Assembly: GCA_020725865.1 (NCBI GenBank)
Contig: DYEC01000007.1
Span: 2,346-66,345, forward strand
Origin: Anaerolinea sp.
Lineage (GTDB): Bacteria > Chloroflexota > Anaerolineae > Anaerolineales > Anaerolineaceae
DNA: 64,000 nt
Direction: 5' to 3'
The translations under genes and the position numbers were made by a program. Of this stretch, positions 55,079 through 63,829 are shown piece by piece; the first letter of the stretch is position 1; every line of letters begins with the position of its first letter. The notes beneath the pieces were generated by a model. It did not search any database, had not been told where the DNA came from, and saw only the letters and a list, made by a program, of their open reading frames with translations.

Positions 55079-55137
55079 TAATGTAACATGATTATGCTGA
55101 AAAAGCAAGACCAGACTACGAACAACGGAGGAATGCG

Positions 55138-55806
55138 ATGACACTATCCAACCTGAATTTTTATAACCCTGCAGATACCACACGTTCCCCCAATGAAGCT
55201 TACAGCAGACTGGCAAGCGACGAGCAGATTGAGCGCACGGTCAGAGCGCTGGAAGCGAACGGGATACGGGCAATTGTTGCGGCAAACGGTGAAGAAGCCA
55301 AGGCGAAGCTGTACGAACTTCTCCCCGCCGGTGCAGAAGTGTTTACCTCTTCATCCGCCACGCTGTCACAGCTCGGTTTGACCGATGAAATTGACCGCCC
55401 GGACGGACGGTATCACTCGGTGCGCGTCCGGTTAAGCAAGCTCGATCCAAAGACGCAGAACCGCGAGATGCAAAAACTCGGCGCAACGCCGGAGTACATC
55501 CTTGGCAGTGTCCACGCGGTGACCGAAGCCGGGCATGTGCTGGTTGCCTCGGCGACGGGCAGTCAGCTCGCCCCTTATGCGGCATCCGCGGCGAAGGTGA
55601 TCTGGATCGCCGGGACGCAGAAAATTGTCCCCACTTTTGAAGAAGCCTTGAAACGATTGGATGAGTACACTCTGCCGCTGGAGGATCAGCGTGCGCTGAA
55701 AGTCTACGGCGTGCACAGCGGCATAGCCAAACTGCTCATCATCCGCCGCGAAGCCACGCCGGGGCGCGCTACCATGATTCTTGTCAAAGAAAACCTGGGG
55801 TTCTGA
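55138..55806 (+). CDS. LUD domain-containing protein (LutC/YkgG-like)
   Basis: 222 aa. The pattern ...ANGIRAIVAANGEEAKAKL...VHAVTEAGHVLVASATGSQL...WIAGTQKIV is typical of the LUD/DUF162 fold. Confidence 0.75.
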   Translation: MTLSNLNFYNPADTTRSPNEAYSRLASDEQIERTVRALEANGIRAIVAANGEEAKAKLYELLPAGAEVFTSSSATLSQLGLTDEIDRPDGRYHSVRVRLSKLDPKTQNREMQKLGATPEYILGSVHAVTEAGHVLVASATGSQLAPYAASAAKVIWIAGTQKIVPTFEEALKRLDEYTLPLEDQRALKVYGVHSGIAKLLIIRREATPGRATMILVKENLGF

Positions 55807-56732
55807 TGAAATCCATTGAGCAACCGCAGCCCGCCGCCATCTCGCCCCACCGCATCCGCCCGGAAACCAGACCGGGGTTTGTCCACCTCAAGGTTGCCAG
55901 CCTTGAGAAACAACGGCTTTTTTACCAACAGGTCATCGGACTGGAATTGAACTGGCAAAGCGAGGTCAGCGCCGGGCTGGGGGTTGCCGGGCGTGATCTG
56001 GTACGCCTGACTCAAATCAGCAATGGGAAACGTGTTCGCGGGGTGACCGGTCTCTATCACTTTGCCATTCTCTTCCCCGGCCGGCGTGAACTGGCGCGGG
56101 CGGTGGCGCGTCTGTTTGCCCTGCGCTATCCAAACTATCCAACCGACCACATCATGACCAAGACCACCTATCTGGACGACCCGGAAGGCAACAACATCGA
56201 GCTGTACTGCGAATCGCCGGAGGATGGTATTTTCACCTTTCGGGATGGCGAACTCTTTGCCCGCCGCGCCGATGGAACACCCAGCGATGGGCGTGAACCG
56301 CTCGATCTCGAGGCATTGTTTGCCCACCTGAACCAAGATGACCGTCTCCATGATCCTGTGCCGCCGGAGACACGCATCGGTCATTTTCACCTCTACGTTT
56401 CCAGCCTAGAGGAAACGCGGCGTTTCTATCACGACCTGCTGGGCTTTGATGACATGGGGACGGCGCGCCGGTTTCGGATGGGTACTGTATCCGCGGGCGG
56501 CTATCACCATCATATCGGTTATAACACCTGGCAGGGGGAGGGTGCGCCTCCCCCGCCGCCGGATGCGCTTGGCTTGCTTTACATCGCTTTTGACCTGCCC
56601 GAACAGACAGCGCTGAACGAAATCGCCGTGCGCCTGGAGCACGCCGGCGTTCCTCACGAACGCCGGGAAGACGGGCTATTCCTGCGTGATCCCTCCCAAA
56701 ACGGGGTATTGTTCCGTGTACAGGAAGGGTAA
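55806..56732 (+). CDS. Two-domain VOC (glyoxalase/extradiol dioxygenase-like) family protein
   Basis: 308 aa with two repeats of the VOC module (GFVHLKVASLEKQRLFYQQVIGL; IGHFHLYVSSLEETRRFYHDLLGF). The start overlaps the LUD stop (TGATG). Confidence 0.8.
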   Translation: MKSIEQPQPAAISPHRIRPETRPGFVHLKVASLEKQRLFYQQVIGLELNWQSEVSAGLGVAGRDLVRLTQISNGKRVRGVTGLYHFAILFPGRRELARAVARLFALRYPNYPTDHIMTKTTYLDDPEGNNIELYCESPEDGIFTFRDGELFARRADGTPSDGREPLDLEALFAHLNQDDRLHDPVPPETRIGHFHLYVSSLEETRRFYHDLLGFDDMGTARRFRMGTVSAGGYHHHIGYNTWQGEGAPPPPPDALGLLYIAFDLPEQTALNEIAVRLEHAGVPHERREDGLFLRDPSQNGVLFRVQEG

Positions 56733-56993
56733 TTACGGCAGGTGATGTCCGGCCAATGCCACCGTCCCCTGGACATCGCGCCGGAGAACATCATGAGGCT
56801 TTTCAAGCCGAATATGCGCGGATCGTCAACTGATTTACGCAGGAATTTGTGCGAGAGTTTTGCGTGAATGGGGCAATTGATTGGGAGAAGCCGGTACACT
56901 TCCATGCTGGAAAGACCGCCGAACGCACATAGTTTTGTGATAATCGTTTCACCTGTTTTTAGTATAATATATTTATAGCGGGAAACTATTGTC

Positions 56994-57686
56994 ATGCAAA
57001 GCGGCGAGATACGCGTCTTGGTCGTTGATGACGACCGCACAATACGGCGCTATTTACGCGCCGCGCTGGCAAGCGCAGGCTATCAAAGCATGGAAGTCGC
57101 CAGCGGACAGGAAGCTTTGCAAGCCGCACGTTCCTACCGCCCCCAGCTCATTATCCTTGACCTGATGCTGCCGGATACGGACGGCATCGAAATCACCCGC
57201 AAACTACGCGGCTGGACAGAAGTGCCGATCATCATCCTTTCTTCCAATCAGGATGAGAGCGACAAAATCAACGCGCTGGATGCCGGAGCAGATGACTACC
57301 TGACCAAGCCCTTTGGGGTGGGAGAACTGCTGGCGCGTATACGGCTGGCAATGCGCCACGCCGTCCGGACAGGAGGGCAACCGGTCTACCGCTTTGGTCG
57401 GCTCACCATCGATCCCAACCGCCGTGCCGTGATCTTGGACGGCTGTGAGCTGGCATTGAGCCGTCCCGAATATGAAATCCTGCAGCGGCTTGCAGAACAT
57501 CCGAATCAAGCCGTATCCAACGAACAATTGCAGGAAATTCTGGGCACAAGCAAGGGGGAAGGTTCGGCGCGCATGGTCACAGCCATTATCAACCTGCTGC
57601 GCCAGAAAATCGAACCCGATCCTCAACAGCCTGCTTTTCTGCTGAGCGAACCGGACGGAGGTTACCGGCTGGTCATCTCGTCTTGA
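56994..57686 (+). CDS. OmpR-family response regulator, KdpE-like, with no cognate kinase in the window
   Basis: 230 aa. Receiver motifs are [21 protein letters not shown] and DAGADDYLTKPF. A winged-helix C-terminus follows. Confidence 0.9.
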   Translation: MQSGEIRVLVVDDDRTIRRYLRAALASAGYQSMEVASGQEALQAARSYRPQLIILDLMLPDTDGIEITRKLRGWTEVPIIILSSNQDESDKINALDAGADDYLTKPFGVGELLARIRLAMRHAVRTGGQPVYRFGRLTIDPNRRAVILDGCELALSRPEYEILQRLAEHPNQAVSNEQLQEILGTSKGEGSARMVTAIINLLRQKIEPDPQQPAFLLSEPDGGYRLVISS

Positions 57687-57715
57687 AATAATATCGTTCG
57701 GGTATAATCAGGGCT

Positions 57716-59167
57716 GTGAGCTTTAACGCCCCGCTGTTCCTGTTTGTTTTTCTGCCCGTTTTTCTCCTCTTTTACCTGCTGGCAGGCAGGCGACTGCGCA
57801 ACGGCTGGCTGTTGATTGCCAGCCTGATTTTCTATCTCTGGGCAGCGCCGCTGTATTTTCCTTTGCTGGTCCTGTTTCTGCTGGTGAACTTCCGGCTTGC
57901 GCGTCTGGCAGGGCAAAAAGCAACACGCCCAAAGGCTGCCCGGCGCGCTTTCTGGCTGGGCATCGCTTTCAACATCGGGACACTGGCACTCTTCAAAGTC
58001 ATTGTGCGGTACTGGGCGGTACTGCTGGCTGGATTTGACCTGCCGGCGGCTGTACCGCTGTATCTCCAACAGTACCTGACCTTCCCGCTGGGGTTGTCGT
58101 TTCTCACCTTTCAGGCGGCGGCTTCGCTGGCGGATGCTTACCGGGGACACGGCGAACGTGTGGAACGCTTTTTCCCTTATGCGCTTTATCTGCTGTTGTT
58201 TCCAAAGCTGATTGCCGGTCCGATCATGCGCTACCGCGAAACCGCCGGACAGATTGCTGACCGTGCCGTAACCGCTCAGGGCATGGCAGACGGCATACGG
58301 CGTTTTATTATCGGGCTGGCAAAGAAAACGCTCATCGCCGATATGCTCCGCCCGCTGACCGATTACGGCGTATTTGCCCTCTCCGTCCCCAATCTGCCGG
58401 CGGGGAGTGCGTGGCTGGTTTTGCTGGCATACACCCTGCAAATCTATTACGACTTCAGCGGCTACACGGATATGGCAATCGGGCTGGGACGCATGGCGGG
58501 CTTCAGCTTTCCGGAGAACTTCAACTACCCCTATATCACCAGAAGTCTGAGTGAATTTTGGCGGCGCTGGCACATCACCCTTTCGGCATGGTTTCGCGAA
58601 TATGTCTTTTACCCGCTGGAGCGGCGGCGGCACGGCAGAGGCGGCATGCGCCAGCCGTTCAATATTCTCATTGTCTTCGTGCTGACCGGTCTCTGGCACG
58701 GCGTGACGCCCAATTTTATCCTCTGGGGTGGACTGCACGGCACAGCCATTGCACTGGAAGCAGGCAGATTCGGGAAAAGCCTGAGGCGTCTGCCTGCCGC
58801 ACTGCAACACGTTTACGCCTTGCTGGTCATCATGATTGGCTGGGTGTTTTTCCGCTCCAGCACGCCCGCTTATGCGCTGGGGTTTTTCAAATCCATGCTC
58901 GGGCTGGCAGAGGCGAACATCCTGCCGTTCTCCATCCTGCCGCCGCTAGAAGCGCCGCTAATGCTGGCACTGATTGCCGGGGTGATTTTCTCCCTGCCGG
59001 TTATTCCCTGGCTGGAAAAACAATGGGGCAGACTTGCACCGGCACACCCGCTTCTGGTGCTGACCGGCGGCATCGTTCGTGATATTGCCTTGCTGGGGTT
59101 GTTTGCGGTCAGCGTCTTTGTCCTTTCGGCAGCTGCCTATCAGCCGTATATTTACGGGAAGTTCTGA
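57716..59167 (+). CDS. MBOAT family O-acyltransferase (AlgI/DltB-like)
   Basis: 483 aa and polytopic. The conserved His region is FWRRWHITLSAWFREYVFYPL. The start is GTG. Confidence 0.9.
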   Translation: MSFNAPLFLFVFLPVFLLFYLLAGRRLRNGWLLIASLIFYLWAAPLYFPLLVLFLLVNFRLARLAGQKATRPKAARRAFWLGIAFNIGTLALFKVIVRYWAVLLAGFDLPAAVPLYLQQYLTFPLGLSFLTFQAAASLADAYRGHGERVERFFPYALYLLLFPKLIAGPIMRYRETAGQIADRAVTAQGMADGIRRFIIGLAKKTLIADMLRPLTDYGVFALSVPNLPAGSAWLVLLAYTLQIYYDFSGYTDMAIGLGRMAGFSFPENFNYPYITRSLSEFWRRWHITLSAWFREYVFYPLERRRHGRGGMRQPFNILIVFVLTGLWHGVTPNFILWGGLHGTAIALEAGRFGKSLRRLPAALQHVYALLVIMIGWVFFRSSTPAYALGFFKSMLGLAEANILPFSILPPLEAPLMLALIAGVIFSLPVIPWLEKQWGRLAPAHPLLVLTGGIVRDIALLGLFAVSVFVLSAAAYQPYIYGKF

Positions 59168-60258
59168 TGCCAAGCCGGAAATCTGCTCTCTTCGTCCTGC
59201 TTTTTCTGACACTGCTGGCTACGCCGCTGGCTGGCGGCGGTCTGCCCGCGCCGCAAAGCCCGCTTTCCGATTTTGCCAATGCCCGGCAGTGGCTCAAAAC
59301 AGCGCTGGAGTTTCCCTCTGCCTACGAAAAACAATTCAGCGGACAGTTCTGGCAGCGCCCGCGCCTGCTCACCCTGTACTATGACTTTCTTTACGACGCA
59401 CTGGGGGTGCGGGTGTTTCCGCAGGTGCTGGTCGGGCTGGACGGCTGGCTGTACTATACCGGCGAGGGCAATTTGGATGATTATCAGTGCGTTCGTCCAT
59501 TTCAACCGGCTGAGCTGGCGCACCTGCGCGCCAATCTGGAACGCCTGAACGACCGCCTGCAGGTGCAGGGGCGTTCTTTGCTGGTGGTCATCGCACCGAA
59601 CAAAGAGCGCATCTATCCGGAGCATCTGCCGCCGTTCATCCGCCGGAGCGACCGTCCCTGCCGTTTCGATCAGGTCATGCAGGCAATGCAGGACAGCCCG
59701 GTAGCCGTCCTTGACCCGCGCCCGGTCCTGTTGAACGCAAAAGCCGCCCATCAGGTCTATTACCGCACCGATACACACTGGAACGAGCGCGGCGCGTTTC
59801 TGGTGTATCATGCCATGCTGGAGCGGCTGGCTGAACATCACCCTGCTCTGCAGTCCTGGCAGGCAGAGCAGTTTACCCTGCAACAGGAAACAATCCGCGG
59901 CGACCTTTCGCACCTGTTGTTAATTGACCCGCCGCTGACCGAAACCGCCGAAACCTGGCATCCGCGCCAGCCTTACCCGGCGCAGTTTCTGCCCGGTCAA
60001 CCGGATGGCTGGGTGGTGAGCGAGATTAGCAACTCGGCGTTGCCGCGCGCGGTGGTCTTCCGCGATTCTTTCGCTAACAATCTCATCCCGTTTCTTTCGC
60101 CGCATTTCAGCCGTGCCGTGTATATTTCTTCCTATCTGGCAATCCCCCATCTGGTGGAGATGGACATCATCGAGCAAGAGCAGGCGGATGTGGTGATTCT
60201 GGAAATCGCCGAGCGCTATCTGGGCAGGCTGGCAGAGGAGCCTTCTGAGGGCTGGTAA
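59167..60258 (+). CDS. AlgX/AlgJ-like SGNH-type O-acetyltransferase partner (DHHW-type motif)
   Basis: 363 aa with a signal/anchor. YYRTDTHWNERGAFLVYHAM is the AlgJ/AlgX catalytic D-x-H-W region. The start overlaps the MBOAT stop (TGATG). Confidence 0.7.
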   Translation: MPSRKSALFVLLFLTLLATPLAGGGLPAPQSPLSDFANARQWLKTALEFPSAYEKQFSGQFWQRPRLLTLYYDFLYDALGVRVFPQVLVGLDGWLYYTGEGNLDDYQCVRPFQPAELAHLRANLERLNDRLQVQGRSLLVVIAPNKERIYPEHLPPFIRRSDRPCRFDQVMQAMQDSPVAVLDPRPVLLNAKAAHQVYYRTDTHWNERGAFLVYHAMLERLAEHHPALQSWQAEQFTLQQETIRGDLSHLLLIDPPLTETAETWHPRQPYPAQFLPGQPDGWVVSEISNSALPRAVVFRDSFANNLIPFLSPHFSRAVYISSYLAIPHLVEMDIIEQEQADVVILEIAERYLGRLAEEPSEGW

Positions 60259-61379
60259 AGACTGCTGCGGGGTTGGAATTCGCTCCAGCATTGCCACACC
60301 TGCCGCCGCACCGCCAGCGGCCGCAGGGGCGGTGTGTTTTCGCTCAGCGGCTCACCCTGCAAATTCCAGCGTTGTGCGCCGGCGATAAGCTGATCCTCCC
60401 TCCATTCCAGCCGCATCGCTTGCGGCAGTGCAAAGGCGCGTACCCGGTTTTCGCCGGCGTCATACATCAGCACCACCGGTTTCTCGTTCAGCTCGTCGTA
60501 AATCAGATGCCGCTCCCGCAAAACTTCCATTGGATAAGCGCGAATCTCGCCCAGCGCAATCAAGCCGGCCACTTCGGCACGCCCATCCAGCCGGCGGTCC
60601 AGCGGTGAAAGTCCACCCAGCCGAACGCGCCGCGCAAAACGCCGCAGACGCTCACCCGAAAGAGAACCCCGGCGGACATTCTCAGGCGCAACCGCCAAAA
60701 GCGTATGCGGATGTTCTTTCCGCCAGCTTCCCCATGTGCAAAGCACAGTGTCCAACGCTTCCAGCCCGGCGACATGCAGGACACCGATTAACGTCTCGCC
60801 GCCGGCATGCTGCCAGAGGGTTTGCGTCTGCCGGTCGCGCAATACCAGATTGCGCCGCCAAAAGCCGGCGGCTTCAAAAGTCAGCGTTTGTCCTTTGGCG
60901 ACTGCCTGATAGGCAAGAACGCTATCGCAAACGGCGCACCAGCCAATCAGCAGGGGTGTTTTGCCGGCAGTGTCGTTGATGACGGGATGATCCATCAGCA
61001 AACTGAGCGGATAGGCGATGGCGGTGTCTCCAGCCGCTACCCCCGCAACCGGCTCATTTTCAGGGAGAAAAGCGGCAGAAGCCGGAACATGTCTCGGCTG
61101 ATCCAGCGCACGCAGTAACAGATTGGGCTTAAGAAAAAACTGCAAAACCGCCAGCGTCAGACAGAGGACAAAGACCAGCGCCGTGCCAAAACCCGGCTGT
61201 GCCGCCAGCGGCGTGAACGACCACAATACTGCGAACAGGGCAAACAAAGGCCGCCAGCGCTGCGGGCGGTACAATGTTTGAACACCAACCCAGGGGAAGA
61301 AAGCAATCAGCAGTGGTCCGAAAGCGCCCAGCACAGCCAGCGCCAGCGAAAAGACGATCATGGCGGTCATCATGTCCAT
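60216..61379 (-). CDS. DUF3179 domain-containing membrane protein
   Basis: 387 aa with N-terminal TM helices. The DUF3179-like core reads PLLIGWCAVCDSVLAYQAV...LTFEAAGFWRRNLVLRDRQTQTLWQHAGGE. The 3' end overlaps the convergent AlgX-like gene by 43 nt. Confidence 0.7.
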   Translation of the reverse strand: MDMMTAMIVFSLALAVLGAFGPLLIAFFPWVGVQTLYRPQRWRPLFALFAVLWSFTPLAAQPGFGTALVFVLCLTLAVLQFFLKPNLLLRALDQPRHVPASAAFLPENEPVAGVAAGDTAIAYPLSLLMDHPVINDTAGKTPLLIGWCAVCDSVLAYQAVAKGQTLTFEAAGFWRRNLVLRDRQTQTLWQHAGGETLIGVLHVAGLEALDTVLCTWGSWRKEHPHTLLAVAPENVRRGSLSGERLRRFARRVRLGGLSPLDRRLDGRAEVAGLIALGEIRAYPMEVLRERHLIYDELNEKPVVLMYDAGENRVRAFALPQAMRLEWREDQLIAGAQRWNLQGEPLSENTPPLRPLAVRRQVWQCWSEFQPRSSLYQPSEGSSASLPR

Positions 61380-61383
61380 AAAA

Positions 61384-63303
61384 CTATCCGTAAAAATCCT
61401 GATAGTGATAGAGCAGTACGGCAGTGGCTAATTGCAGTGCCAGAAGATAATAAAAACCGGCTTCTTTTCTGCGGAAAAGCGTTTTGGCTTCTTCGGCGGC
61501 AAACAGAGCAAACAACGGCATCAAAAAGAGAAACAGGCGCTGTGTCTCACCATTCGTTGAGCCAAACAGATTCATCAGCAGATACGTCACCAGCGTTGTC
61601 AGCGCCAGCGCGTCCAGCGCCGCCGGGCGGCGGCGCAAAAAAGCCAAGCCTGCCCGTCCCATGCGGGAAAGCACCAGCAGGACAAGCGGAAAACCGCCAT
61701 AGACTGCCTGTTCGGCGCTGTTCAACTCCAGAGCATTCAGCGCCCGTTCCAGCGGTGTATTGAAGGTATGGGTGGTCTGATGGTTGGCAATGGCACGGGT
61801 GAAACGCAGAACCGGATTGTAGTTCAACAGCACCCCCAGCACCAGCGTCAGCGCCAGAATACCCGCCGCCAGCCCTGCCAGCGTCCAACGCCTTTGGCGC
61901 GAGAGGAACCATCTCTCCCCCCGCCGCCAGCCTTCAAGAACAATCCACAATACCGCCAGCGGCAGTAACGGCAGTAGTGAAAACGAGAAATACCAAGCCA
62001 GAACCATCGCCGCGCCGCTGACAAATCCCCAGCCGAAGGAAGGCTGGGACAGCGACTGCTGAACCAGCAATAAAACCAATACAAACAACAGCGGATACAG
62101 CACCTGATCGAGGAAGAGGGGAATCAGGACGACACTGGGCACTGCAACATACACCAGCCCCGGCAGAAGGGCATCTTCCGCCGGTTGGACAAGCCGCCGC
62201 GCCAGAAAGAACAGTGCCGCAGGCAGTAAAAAGGCAATCAGCGGAAAAAGACGAGCCGCCAGGGCAGTTTGGGCGGCAAAGCGCCCCTCCGCTGTGGCTT
62301 GCGGATGGAGAACATCTGCCAGCCGCTGGGTCAAGAGGTAGGGAACAAGGATGCCGGGCGGCTTGGTGCCCAGATAGCGGTCTGCACCGTAACGCACTTC
62401 GTATTCGCGCAGGGCGGCAAGCATGGGGGGCTGTTCGGCGGCGGCGAGGGCATACCCATTAAAGATCGAATCGGCGTACTTCAAGCGGATATTCTCAAAC
62501 CCGCCGCCTTCGACAAAACCGACAAAGCCCACCTGCAAGACGTAACCCAGCGCCGCCAACAGGACCAGACTGCGCCAGAACGGACGCGGCGCACGCACAA
62601 TCAGCACGGTGACCAGAAACAGCGCCGCCGCAAGCCCCGCCAATACCGCAAACGCGCCTTCTGCCAGCGGTTTTTCGGTGAAGTACCACTTCCAGGCGCG
62701 GATGACCAGAAAAACCTTAAGTTGAAACACCAGCACAACCCAGTGAAAGAGCGCCAGCGCGCCCGCCAGAACCGCCAGCAGTGCCCGATAGACCGTACCA
62801 TCCCGCAGGCTTTGCGCAAATTGCTCTGGATAAGCGAGACACAACCCAATGAATGCTTGCAACGCAGTCAGCCCCGCCCAGCCGACCAGCGGATAAACGC
62901 GCTGAAACAGTGCCCGCCCAATATCCACCAGCCGCGTCCAGAAAAGCGGATACGGAAACAGCCAGTCCTGCAGACGGTAGGAAAGCGGCGTGGCAAACAA
63001 GACCATGATACCCAGAGCCAAAGCAAACACACTGCATAAGAAAACTGCGGCGGCAATCAATTGTCCGCCCTGCTTTAGGCGGGCATCCAGCCAAAAGCGC
63101 AGATCGTTTGCCCAATTTTTACCGCGCTGTACGTGCCGCGCCAGCACGCCCAGCCCCAGCGTCAACAGCAACGCAACACCAGCCAGGATCAACCGACCGG
63201 CGGAAAGACCAAAAAGGACGAGATTTACGCCCAGCCATACAAAACTCGCGGCTGCTTCCGCAGCCGAGAGCCAGAGGATTTGATGAAAACGGGTGGATGT
63301 CAT
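61384..63303 (-). CDS. Large polytopic integral membrane protein, function unknown (GT-C-like glycosyltransferase fold is possible but unsupported)
   Basis: 639 aa with at least 12 hydrophobic segments. I recognise no diagnostic motif. It sits 4 nt from both neighbours. Confidence 0.55.
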   Translation of the reverse strand: MTSTRFHQILWLSAAEAAASFVWLGVNLVLFGLSAGRLILAGVALLLTLGLGVLARHVQRGKNWANDLRFWLDARLKQGGQLIAAAVFLCSVFALALGIMVLFATPLSYRLQDWLFPYPLFWTRLVDIGRALFQRVYPLVGWAGLTALQAFIGLCLAYPEQFAQSLRDGTVYRALLAVLAGALALFHWVVLVFQLKVFLVIRAWKWYFTEKPLAEGAFAVLAGLAAALFLVTVLIVRAPRPFWRSLVLLAALGYVLQVGFVGFVEGGGFENIRLKYADSIFNGYALAAAEQPPMLAALREYEVRYGADRYLGTKPPGILVPYLLTQRLADVLHPQATAEGRFAAQTALAARLFPLIAFLLPAALFFLARRLVQPAEDALLPGLVYVAVPSVVLIPLFLDQVLYPLLFVLVLLLVQQSLSQPSFGWGFVSGAAMVLAWYFSFSLLPLLPLAVLWIVLEGWRRGERWFLSRQRRWTLAGLAAGILALTLVLGVLLNYNPVLRFTRAIANHQTTHTFNTPLERALNALELNSAEQAVYGGFPLVLLVLSRMGRAGLAFLRRRPAALDALALTTLVTYLLMNLFGSTNGETQRLFLFLMPLFALFAAEEAKTLFRRKEAGFYYLLALQLATAVLLYHYQDFYG

Positions 63304-63307
63304 TCAG

Positions 63308-63790
63308 TCAGTCACGTTCAAAGGTGTAAACGAAATTGGCGGCGTCTTCGCGCTCGATCCAGCCGTCCTTGCGGTAGAAGCCGCGCCGATACGACTCACG
63401 TTTGCGGATGTTGATCAACGACAGGCGGTGACAACCGCGCGCTTCTGCCTCGCGTTTCACCGCGCTCAAAAGCTGACTGCCGGCGCCCTGTCCGCGCGCC
63501 CAGGCGTGGACGAACAGCTCGGAGATATACCCTTCCGGTCCGGGCAGGAACAGATAGGGCAGCCAGTGAACCGAGATATATCCCACCACGCGCTGATGCT
63601 CATCCAGCGCCACATATACCGAGTGGCTGTCATCCGCCAGACAATCCTGCAGGTGCTGGGTGACCCGCTGACAACATTCTGGGAAAGGTAATTCGCTCAG
63701 ATTAGTGAAATACTCGACCGAGCGCAATACCTCGGCGATGGCGCCGGCATCTTCCAGCGTTGCTTTTCGGATGGTAAAACTGCTCGTCAT
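63308..63790 (-). CDS. GNAT family N-acetyltransferase
   Basis: The acetyl-CoA motif is ELFVHAWARGQGAGSQLLSAVKREAEARG. ATG 63790 follows AGGAGG. The ORF track extends to 63817. Confidence 0.85.
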   Translation of the reverse strand: MTSSFTIRKATLEDAGAIAEVLRSVEYFTNLSELPFPECCQRVTQHLQDCLADDSHSVYVALDEHQRVVGYISVHWLPYLFLPGPEGYISELFVHAWARGQGAGSQLLSAVKREAEARGCHRLSLINIRKRESYRRGFYRKDGWIEREDAANFVYTFERD

Positions 63791-63829
63791 CGCGGCTACC
63801 TCCTGTGGAGATTGCACGTCTATTGCAGG

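Noticed and set aside
56733-56993. 260-nt gap before the KdpE-like regulator, including a 41-aa ORF (ATG 56745) and the 128-aa antisense ORF at 56654-57040
   Set aside because: I found no recognisable protein motif, repeat or RNA structure. It is most simply a promoter region, with a TATAAT at 56963-56968.
57662-58810. 382-aa minus-strand ORF, one of the longest unexplained ORFs in the track
   Set aside because: It lies entirely antisense to the well-supported MBOAT gene. It is rich in Q/R/P/C, has no recognisable motif or TM pattern, and has no RBS context.
62269-63039. 256-aa plus-strand ORF
   Set aside because: It is antisense to the 639-aa membrane protein gene. Its basic, low-complexity sequence has no recognisable features.
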